Below, in pieces: positions 38,530-49,126 of a stretch of DNA of 64,000 nt (position 1 is its first letter; the number at the start of each line of letters is the position of its first letter). The stretch is from Planctomycetota bacterium (GTDB taxonomy: Bacteria; Planctomycetota; UBA1135; UBA2386): contig OZ245006.1 in the NCBI GenBank assembly GCA_965223545.1, positions 6,336,001-6,400,000 of the forward strand. Direction: 5' to 3'. Made by a program: the position numbers and the translations under genes. The notes beneath the pieces are model-generated. The model searched no databases. It had not been told where the DNA came from and was given only the letters and a program-made list of their open reading frames with translations.

Positions 38530-40065
38530 ATGCCCCCAAGTCTGTCCCAGTTTCTGCTTGCGATGTCCATCGCAGCGGGCCCGGTGCCCGCGTCCGCCCA
38601 GCAGCAGGCCCCGCCCAACATCGTCCTGGTCGTCGCCGACGATCTCGGCTGGACCGACCTGTCGAGCGGTGCCACCAACATGGGCAACCGCTCCCACTAC
38701 TACCGCACGCCGAACATCGACGCGTTGGCCGCGCGCGGCATGGCGTTCGACAACGCCTACGCCAACGGCCCCAACTGCAGCCCGTCCCGCGCAGCACTGA
38801 TGACGGGCAGCCACGCGGCGCGCACCGGTGTGTACACCGTCAACTCGAACGTCCAGGGGAACCCGGCGAACCGGAAGCTGTCGTCCGGGTTCAACGAGCC
38901 GACCCTGCGGGGTCCGTTCGTCACCATGGCCGAGGTGCTGCGCGCCGCGGGCTACGCGACGGGCAACTTCGGCAAGTGGCACCTCGGCGGGTCGGCCGCG
39001 GGCGAGGGCCCGGTGGCGCAGGGGTTCCAGCACAACGCAGCCGGAACGGCGCGCGGCGGGCCGACGGGTGGATCGAACGGCCACTTCGCCCAAGTCAACG
39101 GCGCTTGGAACCTGCCGAACATGCCGCCGAACGGCGTGCCGTTCCAGTTCATGGCGGACCGCGTGACCGACGAGGCTCTGGCGTGGATCGGAGCCAACGC
39201 CGGTGCGCCCTTCTTCGCCCTCGTATCGCACTTCTCGGTGCACCAGCCGACGCAGGCGCCCGCTGCGGCGATCGCCGCCTTCAACGAGGTGGCGCCGACG
39301 GCGCACCACAACAATCACGTGTACGCGGGGCAGCTGAAGAATCTCGACGACAACTTCGGGCGCCTGATCGCGTTCCTCGAAACGACCCAGGATCCGTCGC
39401 GCCCACAGCAGAAGCTCATCGACAACACCCTGGTGATCTTCACGTCCGACAATGGCGGGCTGGGGGGCTACGCCAGTGCTGGCGTCGTCGGTTCGACCGA
39501 GGTGACTTCGCAGGCGCCGCTGAAGTCCGGCAAGAGCTCGCTGTACGAAGGCGGCATCCGGGTGCCGCTGATCGTGCGCTGGGATCGACGGGTGGCCGCC
39601 GACACGGTCTGCTCGACGCCGGTGCAGCTGTTCGACCTGTTTCCCACCCTCGCGGGCTACGCCGGCGCCAGCATTCCCGCTGCGTCGATCGTCGACGGCG
39701 TCGACATCGCGCCGCTGCTGGCCGGCAGTGAGATTCCGCCTCGCCCGCTGTTCTGGCACTTCCCCGCCTACGTGGTGGCGTCGGCCTCGCTCGGCACCTG
39801 GCGCTCGACGCCGAGCTCGGCGATCCGGGTCGGCCGTTGGAAGCTCTTGTTCTTCTACGAGACCCGCTCCTGGGAGTTGTACGATCTGCAGACCGACATC
39901 GGCGAGCTGCACAACTTGGCGTTCGCCCTGCCCGCCCGCGTCACCGCAATGGGGTCGCAGCTGAGCCGCTGGCTGTCGACCACCGGGGCGTCACTGCCCC
40001 GCTACAAGGACGCGTCGGACAGAAACCCGCAGCCGCAGGTGCCGCTGCCGATGCCGGACGCGTAG
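38530..40065 (+). CDS. Secreted Cys-type sulfatase
   Basis: PNIVLVVADDLG, TPNID, CSPSRAALMTG, GKWHLG, FTSDNGG, LYEGGIRVP, ELYDL. Confidence 0.95.
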   Translation: MPPSLSQFLLAMSIAAGPVPASAQQQAPPNIVLVVADDLGWTDLSSGATNMGNRSHYYRTPNIDALAARGMAFDNAYANGPNCSPSRAALMTGSHAARTGVYTVNSNVQGNPANRKLSSGFNEPTLRGPFVTMAEVLRAAGYATGNFGKWHLGGSAAGEGPVAQGFQHNAAGTARGGPTGGSNGHFAQVNGAWNLPNMPPNGVPFQFMADRVTDEALAWIGANAGAPFFALVSHFSVHQPTQAPAAAIAAFNEVAPTAHHNNHVYAGQLKNLDDNFGRLIAFLETTQDPSRPQQKLIDNTLVIFTSDNGGLGGYASAGVVGSTEVTSQAPLKSGKSSLYEGGIRVPLIVRWDRRVAADTVCSTPVQLFDLFPTLAGYAGASIPAASIVDGVDIAPLLAGSEIPPRPLFWHFPAYVVASASLGTWRSTPSSAIRVGRWKLLFFYETRSWELYDLQTDIGELHNLAFALPARVTAMGSQLSRWLSTTGASLPRYKDASDRNPQPQVPLPMPDA

Positions 40066-40089
40066 ACCGTTCGGCAGGTTCGGCGCGAG

Positions 40090-42078
40090 TCAGCGGCGGT
40101 CGGCGGGAACCAGAGCTTCGATCTTGGCTCGCATGCGCCGCACGTCGTCGGGGCGCTCTTCGGCGAGGTCGTGCAACTCACCGGGGTCGCGGCTCAGATC
40201 GTACAGGTGGGGTATGTCCTTGGCGTCGAGAATGAGGTGCAGCGACCCCTCGTACAGGCACTGCAGCGCGCCGCTGGCATGCGGCAGGTGTCGCGGCTTG
40301 TTGATTCCCTGACCGAGCTCTCCCAGCAGGGGAGTGTCGAGCTCCGCGGTCGCGGGATCCTGCCAAAGCGGGCGCAGCGAGTGGCCCGGGAAGTCGGCGA
40401 TGTCGAGCCCGGTCAGGTCGCAGATCGTCGCCGGCAGGTCGCGCAGGGAGACCGGTCGGGGCACGCGCCGCGGCTGGTCGATCCCCGCCGGAAAGTGCAG
40501 AACCAGCGGGATGTGCAACAACGGGTCGTAGAGGCTGTTGCCGTGGTCGGTCAGGCCGTGCTCGCCGAAGTGTTCGCCGTGGTCGGAGGTGATGACCAGC
40601 ACAGTGTTCTCGAGTGCTCCGCGCTCCCGCAGCGCGTCGACGATGCGTTTGACGAGGTCGTCGAGGTAGAGCAGGCATCCGTCGTAGGCGTCGCGGAACA
40701 CCTGCATTTGCTCGTCGTCCCAATCGCTCCTGGTGTACCAGTCGTCGAGGATGTCCTGCGGCTCGCCGAAGGCCCTGTCGTACGGCGCGGGGGGGCGGTA
40801 GAGCGCGTGTGCGTCGACCAGGTTGAGGAAGGCGAACACCGGCCGCTCCTCGGCTGCGCCCAGCCACTCCACGAAGCCGTCGACGACACGACCGCCGTCG
40901 TTGAAGCGCGCGCTCTGCCGTGAGGCGTGGTCGACCTGCAGCGTGCGCCGGCCGATCGCCGTGCTGGCGACGAACACGGCGGGCTTCAGGTGGTAGTCCT
41001 CGTAGTGTTGGAAGCCGCGCGCCAGACCGTAGTCGCGCGCGCAGTAGACCTTGTTGCCGATGAAGCCCGCGGTGAGATAGCCGCGCGCGGCGAAGGCCTC
41101 GGCCAGCGTTGGGTGCTCGTCGTTCAGCGGCACGAGCCAGCTGGCATTGGTCTCGAACTGAAAGCGGCCGGTGAACATCGCGGTGTGCGACGGCAGCGTC
41201 CACGGTGATGTCGCCAGGGCTCGGTCGAAGACGATGCCGTCGGCGGCCAGGCTGTCCATGAACGGTGTCGTCGGGCGCTCGTAGTCGTACATGCCGAGGT
41301 GGTCGGCGCGCACGGTGTCGAGCACGACGAGGACGACACTCGGCGCGCCGGCGGCGGCGGCGGGTAGGGAGCCCACCGCCGATCGCTCGCGCCACCAGTG
41401 CCAAGTGACCATCGCCGCGCTGATCACGGCGACGACGGCGAGCAGCTTGGGGATCGCGGCCCGGCCGCGCGACAGCAGCGCGGCGCTGGGCCCCAGCGTG
41501 CGGCCCGCGTGCAGTCCCAGGCAGAGGCTCAGAAACCAGGTGACGCCGGGCTCGATGACCCGGTAGTCGACCAGTTGGCTGTACGTCGCGACGGTGGCCA
41601 TCACCGTCACCACCACCGGCAGCCGCACGACACGCGGCGCGATGGTTGCCAGCACGCCGCAGATCGCCCCGAGACCGCCGAACAGGACGATGTGGGACAG
41701 CGTCGCCAGCCACAGGAAGTGCTGCGATTGGCGGGTCACCAGGCCGAAGCCGTGCAGGCGCACCGTATAATGGATCACTTCGACCAGACCCATCAACAAG
41801 CCGCAGCAGAGGCCAAGCGTGAGGCAGGTGAGCAGTGGAGCCGCCGGCGTCGCCGCCCAGTAGCTGGTCCAGCGCTGTCGCCGTGCCGGCGACAGCCAGA
41901 GACCGGCGAACACGATCGCCGCGCCGGCGGCCGCCATCGCGATCTGTGCCGGGCCGACACCCGGGCGCCGGCCCAGGCCGAGCGTGTCGAAGAACAGCCC
42001 GGTGGCGACCAGCGCGCCACCTGCGCACATCACGGCGTTCGAGAGCGCGGTCCGCGGGGCGGGAGTCGAGGTGGCCAT
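40090..42078 (-). CDS. Membrane-anchored sulfatase-like/alkaline-phosphatase-superfamily hydrolase or transferase
   Basis: N-terminal TM bundle; VLDTVRADH, SPWTLPSH (Thr in place of the CxPxR Cys), TSDHGE, DHG. Confidence 0.85.
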   Translation of the reverse strand: MATSTPAPRTALSNAVMCAGGALVATGLFFDTLGLGRRPGVGPAQIAMAAAGAAIVFAGLWLSPARRQRWTSYWAATPAAPLLTCLTLGLCCGLLMGLVEVIHYTVRLHGFGLVTRQSQHFLWLATLSHIVLFGGLGAICGVLATIAPRVVRLPVVVTVMATVATYSQLVDYRVIEPGVTWFLSLCLGLHAGRTLGPSAALLSRGRAAIPKLLAVVAVISAAMVTWHWWRERSAVGSLPAAAAGAPSVVLVVLDTVRADHLGMYDYERPTTPFMDSLAADGIVFDRALATSPWTLPSHTAMFTGRFQFETNASWLVPLNDEHPTLAEAFAARGYLTAGFIGNKVYCARDYGLARGFQHYEDYHLKPAVFVASTAIGRRTLQVDHASRQSARFNDGGRVVDGFVEWLGAAEERPVFAFLNLVDAHALYRPPAPYDRAFGEPQDILDDWYTRSDWDDEQMQVFRDAYDGCLLYLDDLVKRIVDALRERGALENTVLVITSDHGEHFGEHGLTDHGNSLYDPLLHIPLVLHFPAGIDQPRRVPRPVSLRDLPATICDLTGLDIADFPGHSLRPLWQDPATAELDTPLLGELGQGINKPRHLPHASGALQCLYEGSLHLILDAKDIPHLYDLSRDPGELHDLAEERPDDVRRMRAKIEALVPADRR

Positions 42079-42204
42079 GGTCCGCGGGATGCTACCCGCC
42101 GGCCTGCGGGGGAGCAGGGCAGATCCCGGCGGCCGCGCGCGGTCGACACCGCGGGCCGGTCGAAATGAGTCAGTTTTGGCCGGGCGCCGTCTTACCTTGA
42201 GGCG

Positions 42205-43827
42205 ATGCGGATCGGTGTGGGGCTCGCTCGCGCGTTGGCGCTGGCCGCGATCGGTGCCGCGGCGCTTTGGTGGGCACCGCCACCGACACCGCCCCCGCCT
42301 GATCCGGCGCCTCGCGATTGGCAATGGACGCCGGACCCGGAGGGCTTGTTGCTCGACGGTGCCCGCACGGTGTCGCTGCCCGAGTTCGAGGACTTCGACC
42401 TGCTCGCCACGGTCGAGCTGCACGCCGACGCGGTGCTCGACATCGCGGCCCATGTGGTGGAGCCGTATGCCCGCGACGGCGAGGAGCTGCAGCGTTTCCA
42501 CGGGCGGTTTCAGATCGCGCGGGTGTCCGCCGGGGAGGAGGGCCCGATGGTGCGCTCCCGGGACGCGGCGCTGTTCGATTCCGTTGCCGGCGGAGCCCGC
42601 GTCGCGCCGGGCGTGCCGGCCTCGATCAAGCTCGAGGGGCGGGGGCGCCGCTTGCGCGTCAACGTCGCCGGTCGCTGGAGCGAGTGGGTCGAGGGTGCGG
42701 ATGCACGGGGTCGTCTCGTGCTGATGGCGCGCGGTGGCCCCGTCGTCGTGCGCTACCTCAAGGTCGTCGTCGTGCCGCGATCGCGGTGGCCGCTGGCTCT
42801 GTGGGGGGGCGGCCTCGGCATGGGGTTGGCGATTCTGAGTCTGGCTCGTGGTCGCCGCGGCGGGCGGGTGTTCGGTGCGTCGGTCGCCGCGCTCGTCCTC
42901 GGCGCGCTGGCGGCGCGCTGGCTCTACGCGACGCAGGCGCTGCCCTTTGTCGCGGGCGATCCGCTCGCCGCTGTGCTGCTGGTTGGCTCGCCCTTGCCGT
43001 TGGCACTGGCGGTGGCGGCTCCGTGGCGCGCGCTGCCGCGCCTGCTGGCTGTCGCCGCCGGGGCGGGGCTCGCCGTCGTCGCGGCCGAGGTCGCGGTGCA
43101 CCGCGAGTGGCCGCGCTTGGCTGCGTCGGAGGACTCCCGGCTGGACCTCCACTTCGGTCCGGCTTCGGGTAGCGCACCGCTCGACGCGCTGTCGCTGCGG
43201 ATCCGCAACCGCGGGCCCGCGGTGCACACCCTCGACATGCCGGAGACCCGAGTCGCGTTCTTGGGGGGCGGCATGATCTTCGAGGCCAGCCCCGACATGG
43301 CGCAGCACGTCGGGCTGCGCACCGCGCTCGCGCTCGGGCAGCGGCTCGGCCGAGAAGTCGAGGGAATCGTGGTGCCGACCGTGATCAGCAACGCGCTGCA
43401 GCAGCTCTTGCTGTTCTCGCGTTTCTATGCGGTGTTTGCCCCCGACGTGGTGGTGTTCGCGATCTCTCGCTTCGAGGGCGAGTCTGTGCCCGCGCCCAAC
43501 CCGCGCGCCGTGCTGCACGCCACCCGGACTGCAGTCGAGCGGCCGGCCTTGCGGTTGTCGGAGCTGTGGCGTTCCGCCGGCGCACCGGTGGCGTTGTCGA
43601 CGCCGGCCGAGCTCCGGCTCACCCTGGAGGAGCTGCGCGCGTTTGCCGCCGCGCAGGGCTGCGCCGTGGTGTTGGTCGCCGAGACCGGCCTGGCGCCGCC
43701 CCTGCGCCGGGTCGTCGACGAGTGTGCAGCGCAGTGGCGTTGGCCGGTGGTGGATGGAGTCGTGGCCGCGGATGGCACGCCGCGCTTCGCGCCACTGGTG
43801 GAAGCGATCGAACCGTTCCTGCGCTGA
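42205..43827 (+). CDS. Hypothetical membrane protein
   Basis: Long ORF with host codon usage, signal-like N-terminus and central TM helices. Confidence 0.65.
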   Translation: MRIGVGLARALALAAIGAAALWWAPPPTPPPPDPAPRDWQWTPDPEGLLLDGARTVSLPEFEDFDLLATVELHADAVLDIAAHVVEPYARDGEELQRFHGRFQIARVSAGEEGPMVRSRDAALFDSVAGGARVAPGVPASIKLEGRGRRLRVNVAGRWSEWVEGADARGRLVLMARGGPVVVRYLKVVVVPRSRWPLALWGGGLGMGLAILSLARGRRGGRVFGASVAALVLGALAARWLYATQALPFVAGDPLAAVLLVGSPLPLALAVAAPWRALPRLLAVAAGAGLAVVAAEVAVHREWPRLAASEDSRLDLHFGPASGSAPLDALSLRIRNRGPAVHTLDMPETRVAFLGGGMIFEASPDMAQHVGLRTALALGQRLGREVEGIVVPTVISNALQQLLLFSRFYAVFAPDVVVFAISRFEGESVPAPNPRAVLHATRTAVERPALRLSELWRSAGAPVALSTPAELRLTLEELRAFAAAQGCAVVLVAETGLAPPLRRVVDECAAQWRWPVVDGVVAADGTPRFAPLVEAIEPFLR

Positions 43828-43857
43828 CGAGCAACGCTGGCCTCTGACCTCGGCGTG

Positions 43858-44769
43858 TCAGTGCCGCATCAAACGGCGCACTTCGAGGTGGGAGCTCACG
43901 GTAGAAACCGAGACGTCGGCCACTGGTCGCTGCCCCGCGGGTTCGCCGATGTGGGCATGACGGTACCAGCGGCTGCCGCGCCGCTGCCGGTCATGCCATT
44001 GCACGGGAAACTCGGTCTGCAGCGCGCCTTCGTCGCTTTCGAAGTGCAGCTCCATGCAGCACGCCGCGTCCATGTCGACGCGCAGCCGCCCGCTTTGGCT
44101 GGCCAGGCGCAGGGCCGGGGGGGGATCGGTCGCCGGAAGAGTGACGTCGACCCCGCCGGTGACGGTCTCGACCGAGGCGCGGCGAAAGCCGCCGAGCAGC
44201 CGCACGCGGCCACTGCCGGTGGTGATGCGGGCGGTTCCGCCCGGTCCGCTGCGACAGTGCACGGTGCCGGCCTCCGTGCGCACGTCGAGGTCGCCGGCGT
44301 AGCCCTGCACCGATACCCGCGCCATCTGCGTGCGCACCACCAGGCGAACATCTTCGGGCAGCACCAGCTGGCAGCAGATGTCGACCGATTCGAGGGCGGC
44401 GCCCTCGGCGTGCGTCATGGAAAGGCGCCGGACGCCGTCGATCTCCTCGACCAGCGCGCGCACCGAAGCGGCGCGTTGTGCCGCCAACGCCGCGTCGGGG
44501 GCCTGCACGCGGACGGACACTTCCACGGCCACCGATGCGCCGGCCCGGGCGATGATCTGGCCGCGGTGGACGTGGACCTCGAGCGTCTCGGGCTTGCCCG
44601 TGCCGAGGGAGACCGGCAGGGGGACGTCGACGTGGGGCTCGGTCGGCACCTCGTAGGGGCTGGCGCAGCCCGCGCCCAGCAGGATGGCGCAGCCGGCCGC
44701 GGCGCGCGCCTGCGCGGCGCTGGATCGGGAACGGCGGACGGCGGGTTTCACGGCGAGCGAGGACACCAT
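43858..44769 (-). CDS. Lipoprotein with DUF4097-like beta-strand repeats
   Basis: Lipobox LGAGC; repeated T..G.V / S..G.L strands; start uncertain. Confidence 0.65.
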   Translation of the reverse strand: MVSSLAVKPAVRRSRSSAAQARAAAGCAILLGAGCASPYEVPTEPHVDVPLPVSLGTGKPETLEVHVHRGQIIARAGASVAVEVSVRVQAPDAALAAQRAASVRALVEEIDGVRRLSMTHAEGAALESVDICCQLVLPEDVRLVVRTQMARVSVQGYAGDLDVRTEAGTVHCRSGPGGTARITTGSGRVRLLGGFRRASVETVTGGVDVTLPATDPPPALRLASQSGRLRVDMDAACCMELHFESDEGALQTEFPVQWHDRQRRGSRWYRHAHIGEPAGQRPVADVSVSTVSSHLEVRRLMRH

Positions 44770-44904
44770 AGCGCGTCGGGTGGATTCGGCGAACCGTAGC
44801 TGCAAAAGCCGGGCCGCCGGGGCCCCGACCCTGCCCGTCCACGGCGCATGGATCGGACCGTGGGGGGCGATCGCAGCGAGGGGTGCACGCTAAACTGCGA
44901 GTTC

Positions 44905-45831
44905 GTGTCGACGTTCCTCGGCCTCGACGCGGGTGGCACCCGCACGCGGTGGGTGCTGCTCGACGCGCAAGAACGGGTGCTCACCTCCGGTGAGACGGCT
45001 CCCATCCAAGCCGCCGTGCAGGGGGTCGATGCCGCTGCCGAGGCGCTCGCCGGTGCTTTGGCCGAGATCCTCGCGGCGATCGATCCGGGCCAACGTCCGG
45101 GGGTGACGGTGGCCGGCGTCGCGGGTGCCGGCGCGGTCGCCGTCCGCCACGCGTTGGCCGCGGCGGCGCCCGTGCCGTTGCACGTGACCGGTGATGCGGC
45201 GTTGGTCGCCGCGTTGGCGCTCGCCGATACGCCGGGCGTCGCGGTTTGGTCCGGCACTGGTTCGTTCGTCATCGCCCGCGATGACGAGGGCCGTCTGCAC
45301 CGGGCCGGGGGCCGCGGCCCGCTGTTGGGCGACGAGGGCAGTGGCTACGACGTGGTCCGGCGCGCGGCCGTGGCGGTGGTGCGCGCGATCGATGGGGTCG
45401 GCCTCAAGACCGCGCTGGCGCCGGCGCTCGCCGACTTCTTCGATGTCGAAGAACCCGCCCACCTCGGCGCGTGCATGCAGCGGTTGTCCTCGGGTCGGGT
45501 GGCGGCGGCGATGCCGTTGGTCGCCGAGATCGCCGATACCGGTGACCCGGTCGCGGCGCGCGTCATCGAGCAGGCGGCGCAGGAGCTGGTGGCCCTGGCG
45601 GTCTCGATCGCCGCGCGCGCCGGGCTGTCGGTCGAGCGGGACTACATCTGTTTCGGCGGGGGCGCCGTCCGCTGCGTGCCACGCTACGCGCGCTGTTTGC
45701 AGGACGTGCTCGTCGCCGCCGGCTTCCGCGCGCCGCAGCTGGCGGGAGACGACCCTGCCATTGGCGCCGCGCGCTTGGCGCGGGCAATCGACGCGCACCG
45801 CGAACCCCTGTGTGAGTGGGTCGGCGCTTGA
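44905..45831 (+). CDS. BadF/BadG/BcrA/BcrD-type ATPase (N-acetylglucosamine kinase-like)
   Basis: LGLDAGGTRT, GDA, SGTGS, RAGGRGPLLGDEGSGY, FGGG. Confidence 0.88.
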   Translation: MSTFLGLDAGGTRTRWVLLDAQERVLTSGETAPIQAAVQGVDAAAEALAGALAEILAAIDPGQRPGVTVAGVAGAGAVAVRHALAAAAPVPLHVTGDAALVAALALADTPGVAVWSGTGSFVIARDDEGRLHRAGGRGPLLGDEGSGYDVVRRAAVAVVRAIDGVGLKTALAPALADFFDVEEPAHLGACMQRLSSGRVAAAMPLVAEIADTGDPVAARVIEQAAQELVALAVSIAARAGLSVERDYICFGGGAVRCVPRYARCLQDVLVAAGFRAPQLAGDDPAIGAARLARAIDAHREPLCEWVGA

Positions 45832-46265
45832 GTCGAGTGCCCGATCTCGACCTGGGGCGCGGCCGCGTGCTGCCGGCTCATTTGTTCCACGTGCGCTACA
45901 GCCGCAGCGGCGGCCCGGGCGGACAGCACGTCAACAAAGTTGCCACCAAGGTGGATCTGCGCCTCGATCTGCGTGGCGCCACCGAGATCCTCGGCGCGGC
46001 CGCGGTCCGGCGCATCGGCGACAAGCTCGCAGCGCGCCTCGACGCCGAGGGGCGGCTGCAGGTGGTTGCCGACGAGAACCGCGAGCAGCTGCGCAACCTC
46101 GAGGCCGCGATGGCGCGGATGCGCGCCCTGTTGCTGGGTGCCTTGGCGGTGCCCAAGCGCCGCCGGGCGACCCGGCCGACCCGTGGCAGTGTCGAGCGGC
46201 GCTTGTCGGCGAAGCGCTCGCGCGGACAGATCAAGAAATGGCGCTCGGACCGGGGCGGGGAATGA
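45828..46265 (+). CDS. arfB: Alternative ribosome rescue peptidyl-tRNA hydrolase
   Basis: RSGGPGGQHVNKVATKV, REQLRN, basic tail PKRRRATRPTRGSVERRL..K. Confidence 0.92.
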   Translation: MSRVPDLDLGRGRVLPAHLFHVRYSRSGGPGGQHVNKVATKVDLRLDLRGATEILGAAAVRRIGDKLAARLDAEGRLQVVADENREQLRNLEAAMARMRALLLGALAVPKRRRATRPTRGSVERRLSAKRSRGQIKKWRSDRGGE

Positions 46266-47100
46266 CGCCGTTCAATGGGCGCCAGCGCACCCACGCGCCG
46301 GTGTCGGTGCGCAGAAAGGCCGGGCCTCTCGGTGCCGCGTAGTGCTGCAGGGCGCGTCGCAGCGTCGTCGACATGCGGCCGACGACGAGCTCGGCGGGCA
46401 GGCCGGTACGCTGCAGCAAGCCGCCGTCGCCGAGCAGGTGTGCCTGGCCGACGACGACGACGATGAGCGCGTCCGGCCAGCGCGCCGCGGCGCGACGGAT
46501 GCTGGCGGCGATCACCGCGTCGCGCTGCTCCAGTGGTAGGCGGGGAGTCGGCTCCAACGGGAACAAGGGCTGTCCGCGCTCGCGCGCGGTGGTCAGCAGC
46601 CGGCGGAAGAACCCGGTGTCGACCTCGGGGTTGTCGAGCCACGATTCCGGCCACCGCTGGCGCATGCGCATGCGCAACTCGCCGAGGTCGAACTTGCCGG
46701 CGGCGAACCCGCGCACGTGGCGGTTGTCTTGGCTACCGATCGCCTCGAGACCGAGGACGACCCGCACCCCCCGGCGGTGGAGGCCGTCGAGCATCTGCTC
46801 GATCTCGGCGTGCCATGCCGGATCGTCGTGTTGATCGCCGATGAACAGCACGCGGGCCGCCATCGCGTGCGCCAGCAGCGTGTCTCGATCCGCGTGGTCG
46901 ACCCAGCGGTAGCCGAGCGCGCGGTAGAAGGACTCCTTGTAGGCGCGCAGCACGGGCGGGCCGGCCGGGTCGGGGTCGGCGACGCGCGGAGCGTCCTGCC
47001 AGTTGAAACCGCTCGCCGCGCACGCTGGCAGCAAGAGGGCCAGCAGCGCCGCAGCCGGCTTGCGGCGCGGCGGTGCGCAGCGGATAGGCTGTGCGTCCAT
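46231..47100 (-). CDS. ChaN-like lipoprotein
   Basis: Lipobox-like LLPAC; VLFIGDQHD, LGLE, QRD..IA, VVVGQAH; start uncertain. Confidence 0.65.
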   Translation of the reverse strand: MDAQPIRCAPPRRKPAAALLALLLPACAASGFNWQDAPRVADPDPAGPPVLRAYKESFYRALGYRWVDHADRDTLLAHAMAARVLFIGDQHDDPAWHAEIEQMLDGLHRRGVRVVLGLEAIGSQDNRHVRGFAAGKFDLGELRMRMRQRWPESWLDNPEVDTGFFRRLLTTARERGQPLFPLEPTPRLPLEQRDAVIAASIRRAAARWPDALIVVVVGQAHLLGDGGLLQRTGLPAELVVGRMSTTLRRALQHYAAPRGPAFLRTDTGAWVRWRPLNGVIPRPGPSAIS

Positions 47101-47887
47101 GGAACTCAACGCAGCGACCAATCTAGCCGGCTGCCGCGCCGTGATCACGGGTGGAGGCAGTGGGATCGGCCGCGGCATCGCCGAGGTGCTCGCCGCAGCG
47201 GGCGCGACGGTGATCGTGACCGGTCGCCGCGCGGCGCCCCTCGACGAAACCGTCGCTCTGGTGCGCGGTGCCGGCGGCAACGCGGCGGCGTTCCCGCTGG
47301 ACATCCGCGATTCTGCTGCCGTCGACGCGACCATGCGGGCGATCGCGAGCGAGTTCGACGGCATCGACGCGCTGGTCAACAACGCCGGCGTCGGCGGGCC
47401 CAACGCCTGCTCCGCGGACGGTGAAGACCGCTGGGACGAGATCGTGCGCACCAATCTCGACGGCCTGTTCTTCTGTTCGCGGGCGGCGTTGCCGCACATC
47501 CCCGACGGCGGCCGCGTCGTCAACATCGCCTCCGTGCTCGGTCGCTTCGGGGTGCCCGGCTACACCGCGTATTGCGCGTCCAAACACGGCGTGATCGGCT
47601 TCAGCAAGGCCCTCGCCCTCGAAGTGGCCGCGCGGCGCATCACCGTCAACGCCATCTGCCCCGGCTGGGTCGACACCGAGATGGCGCGGGTCGGCATGGA
47701 GGGGTTGGCGGAGGCCACCGGCGTCAGCTTCGAGCAGGCCCGGGACGACGCGCTCGGCGTGGTACCGATCCAGCGGCTGATCGAGCCGCGCGAGGTCGGG
47801 GCGCTGGTGCGCTATCTGGTGAGCGCGGATGCCGGCGCGATGACCGGGCAGGCGGTCAGCTTGTGCGGTGGCGCGACGATGTGGTAG
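47099..47887 (+). CDS. Short-chain dehydrogenase/reductase
   Basis: TGGGSGIG, NNAG, YCASK (YxxxK), VNAICPGWVDT. Confidence 0.93.
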   Translation: MELNAATNLAGCRAVITGGGSGIGRGIAEVLAAAGATVIVTGRRAAPLDETVALVRGAGGNAAAFPLDIRDSAAVDATMRAIASEFDGIDALVNNAGVGGPNACSADGEDRWDEIVRTNLDGLFFCSRAALPHIPDGGRVVNIASVLGRFGVPGYTAYCASKHGVIGFSKALALEVAARRITVNAICPGWVDTEMARVGMEGLAEATGVSFEQARDDALGVVPIQRLIEPREVGALVRYLVSADAGAMTGQAVSLCGGATMW

Positions 47888-47910
47888 GCCGCTCGCGCGC
47901 GACTGGGCGC

Positions 47911-49017
47911 CTACGGTTCCTCGACCCACTCGGCGACGAACACGTTGGTCTCGCCCTGCTGGGAGCCGTAGCGGTTGCTGGCGAACGCCAGGTAGCGGCC
48001 GTTGGGGGAGAACATCGGGAAGCTGTCGAAGCCGTCGTAGTGCGTCACGCGCTCTTCGGACTCGCCATCGATGTCGATCATGAAGATGTCGAAGTTGCGG
48101 CCGCGCGGATCGTTCTTGTTGCTGGCGTACAGGATGCGCTGGTTGTCTGGGTGGAAGAACGGCGCGAAGTTGGCCTTGCCGTTGTGCGTGAGGCGCTTGA
48201 AGTTGCTGCCATCACGATCCATCACCGTGATCTCCATGTGGCTCGGCACGACCAGATCCTGTGCCAAGTACCCCTGGTATTCCTGCACCGCCGCCTCGTC
48301 GGCCGGGAAGCCCGAGCGCAGCACGATCTTGGTGCCGTCGTGCGAGTAGAACGGCCCGCCGTCGTAGCCGACGCGGTTGGTCAGCCGTTGCACGTCGGAG
48401 CCGTCGGGTTCCATCGAGTAGACCTCGAGGTCGCCATCGCGCACCGAAGTGAAAACGACGCGACCGGTGACGGGACACACCGTCGCCTCGGCGTCGTAGC
48501 CTTCCGCGTCGGTGAGCCGGATCAAGTCGCTGCCGTCGGGCGCCGCCGAGAAGATGTCGTAGCCGGGATAGATGGCCCAGACGTAGCGGCCGCGCACGCG
48601 GAACACCGGTGGTGGACACCCCTCGTCGGCGAGGTGGGTCGAGGCGTACAAGATGCGCGCATCACCTTGGGTGAAGTAGGCGCACGTCGTGCGCCCCTTG
48701 CCGGTGCTCACCAGCTGTTCTTCGCCGGTGGTCAGGTCGATGACGAAGATCTGATCGCAATCGAACGGCGGGCGCTTGGATTGGAAGATCAGCTTGGTTC
48801 CGTCGCCCGACCAGTACGCCTCGGCGTTCTCGCCGCCGAACGTCAGCTGCCGCACATTGCGCAGGCGGGTCTCGCCGTCGATCGGCTCGACCGGGCGCCC
48901 GGCGCGGATCGCGAAGTCCGCCGCCGGCATCACCGGCGCGGCGGCGTCTTCCGGGGTTTGGCTGTGCGCGCACGCACCGAGCAGCGTGGCGGCGACCGCG
49001 GTCCAAGTTCTTTGCAT
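47911..49017 (-). CDS. TolB-like PD40 beta-propeller lipoprotein
   Basis: Lipobox LLGAC; QLTFGGENAEAYWS, GYDAEA, GYDGGPFYS, FDSFPMFSPNG. Confidence 0.88.
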   Translation of the reverse strand: MQRTWTAVAATLLGACAHSQTPEDAAAPVMPAADFAIRAGRPVEPIDGETRLRNVRQLTFGGENAEAYWSGDGTKLIFQSKRPPFDCDQIFVIDLTTGEEQLVSTGKGRTTCAYFTQGDARILYASTHLADEGCPPPVFRVRGRYVWAIYPGYDIFSAAPDGSDLIRLTDAEGYDAEATVCPVTGRVVFTSVRDGDLEVYSMEPDGSDVQRLTNRVGYDGGPFYSHDGTKIVLRSGFPADEAAVQEYQGYLAQDLVVPSHMEITVMDRDGSNFKRLTHNGKANFAPFFHPDNQRILYASNKNDPRGRNFDIFMIDIDGESEERVTHYDGFDSFPMFSPNGRYLAFASNRYGSQQGETNVFVAEWVEEP

Positions 49018-49126
49018 GGCGTCATCCAACCTGCGCCGCGCTCGGCTGGCAACGCAAAAAGACCGCGCGGCCGGGGTCCGGCCGGGGGGTGCTTTTGCCG
49101 CTCGACCGCGCCACCATGGAGAGACG

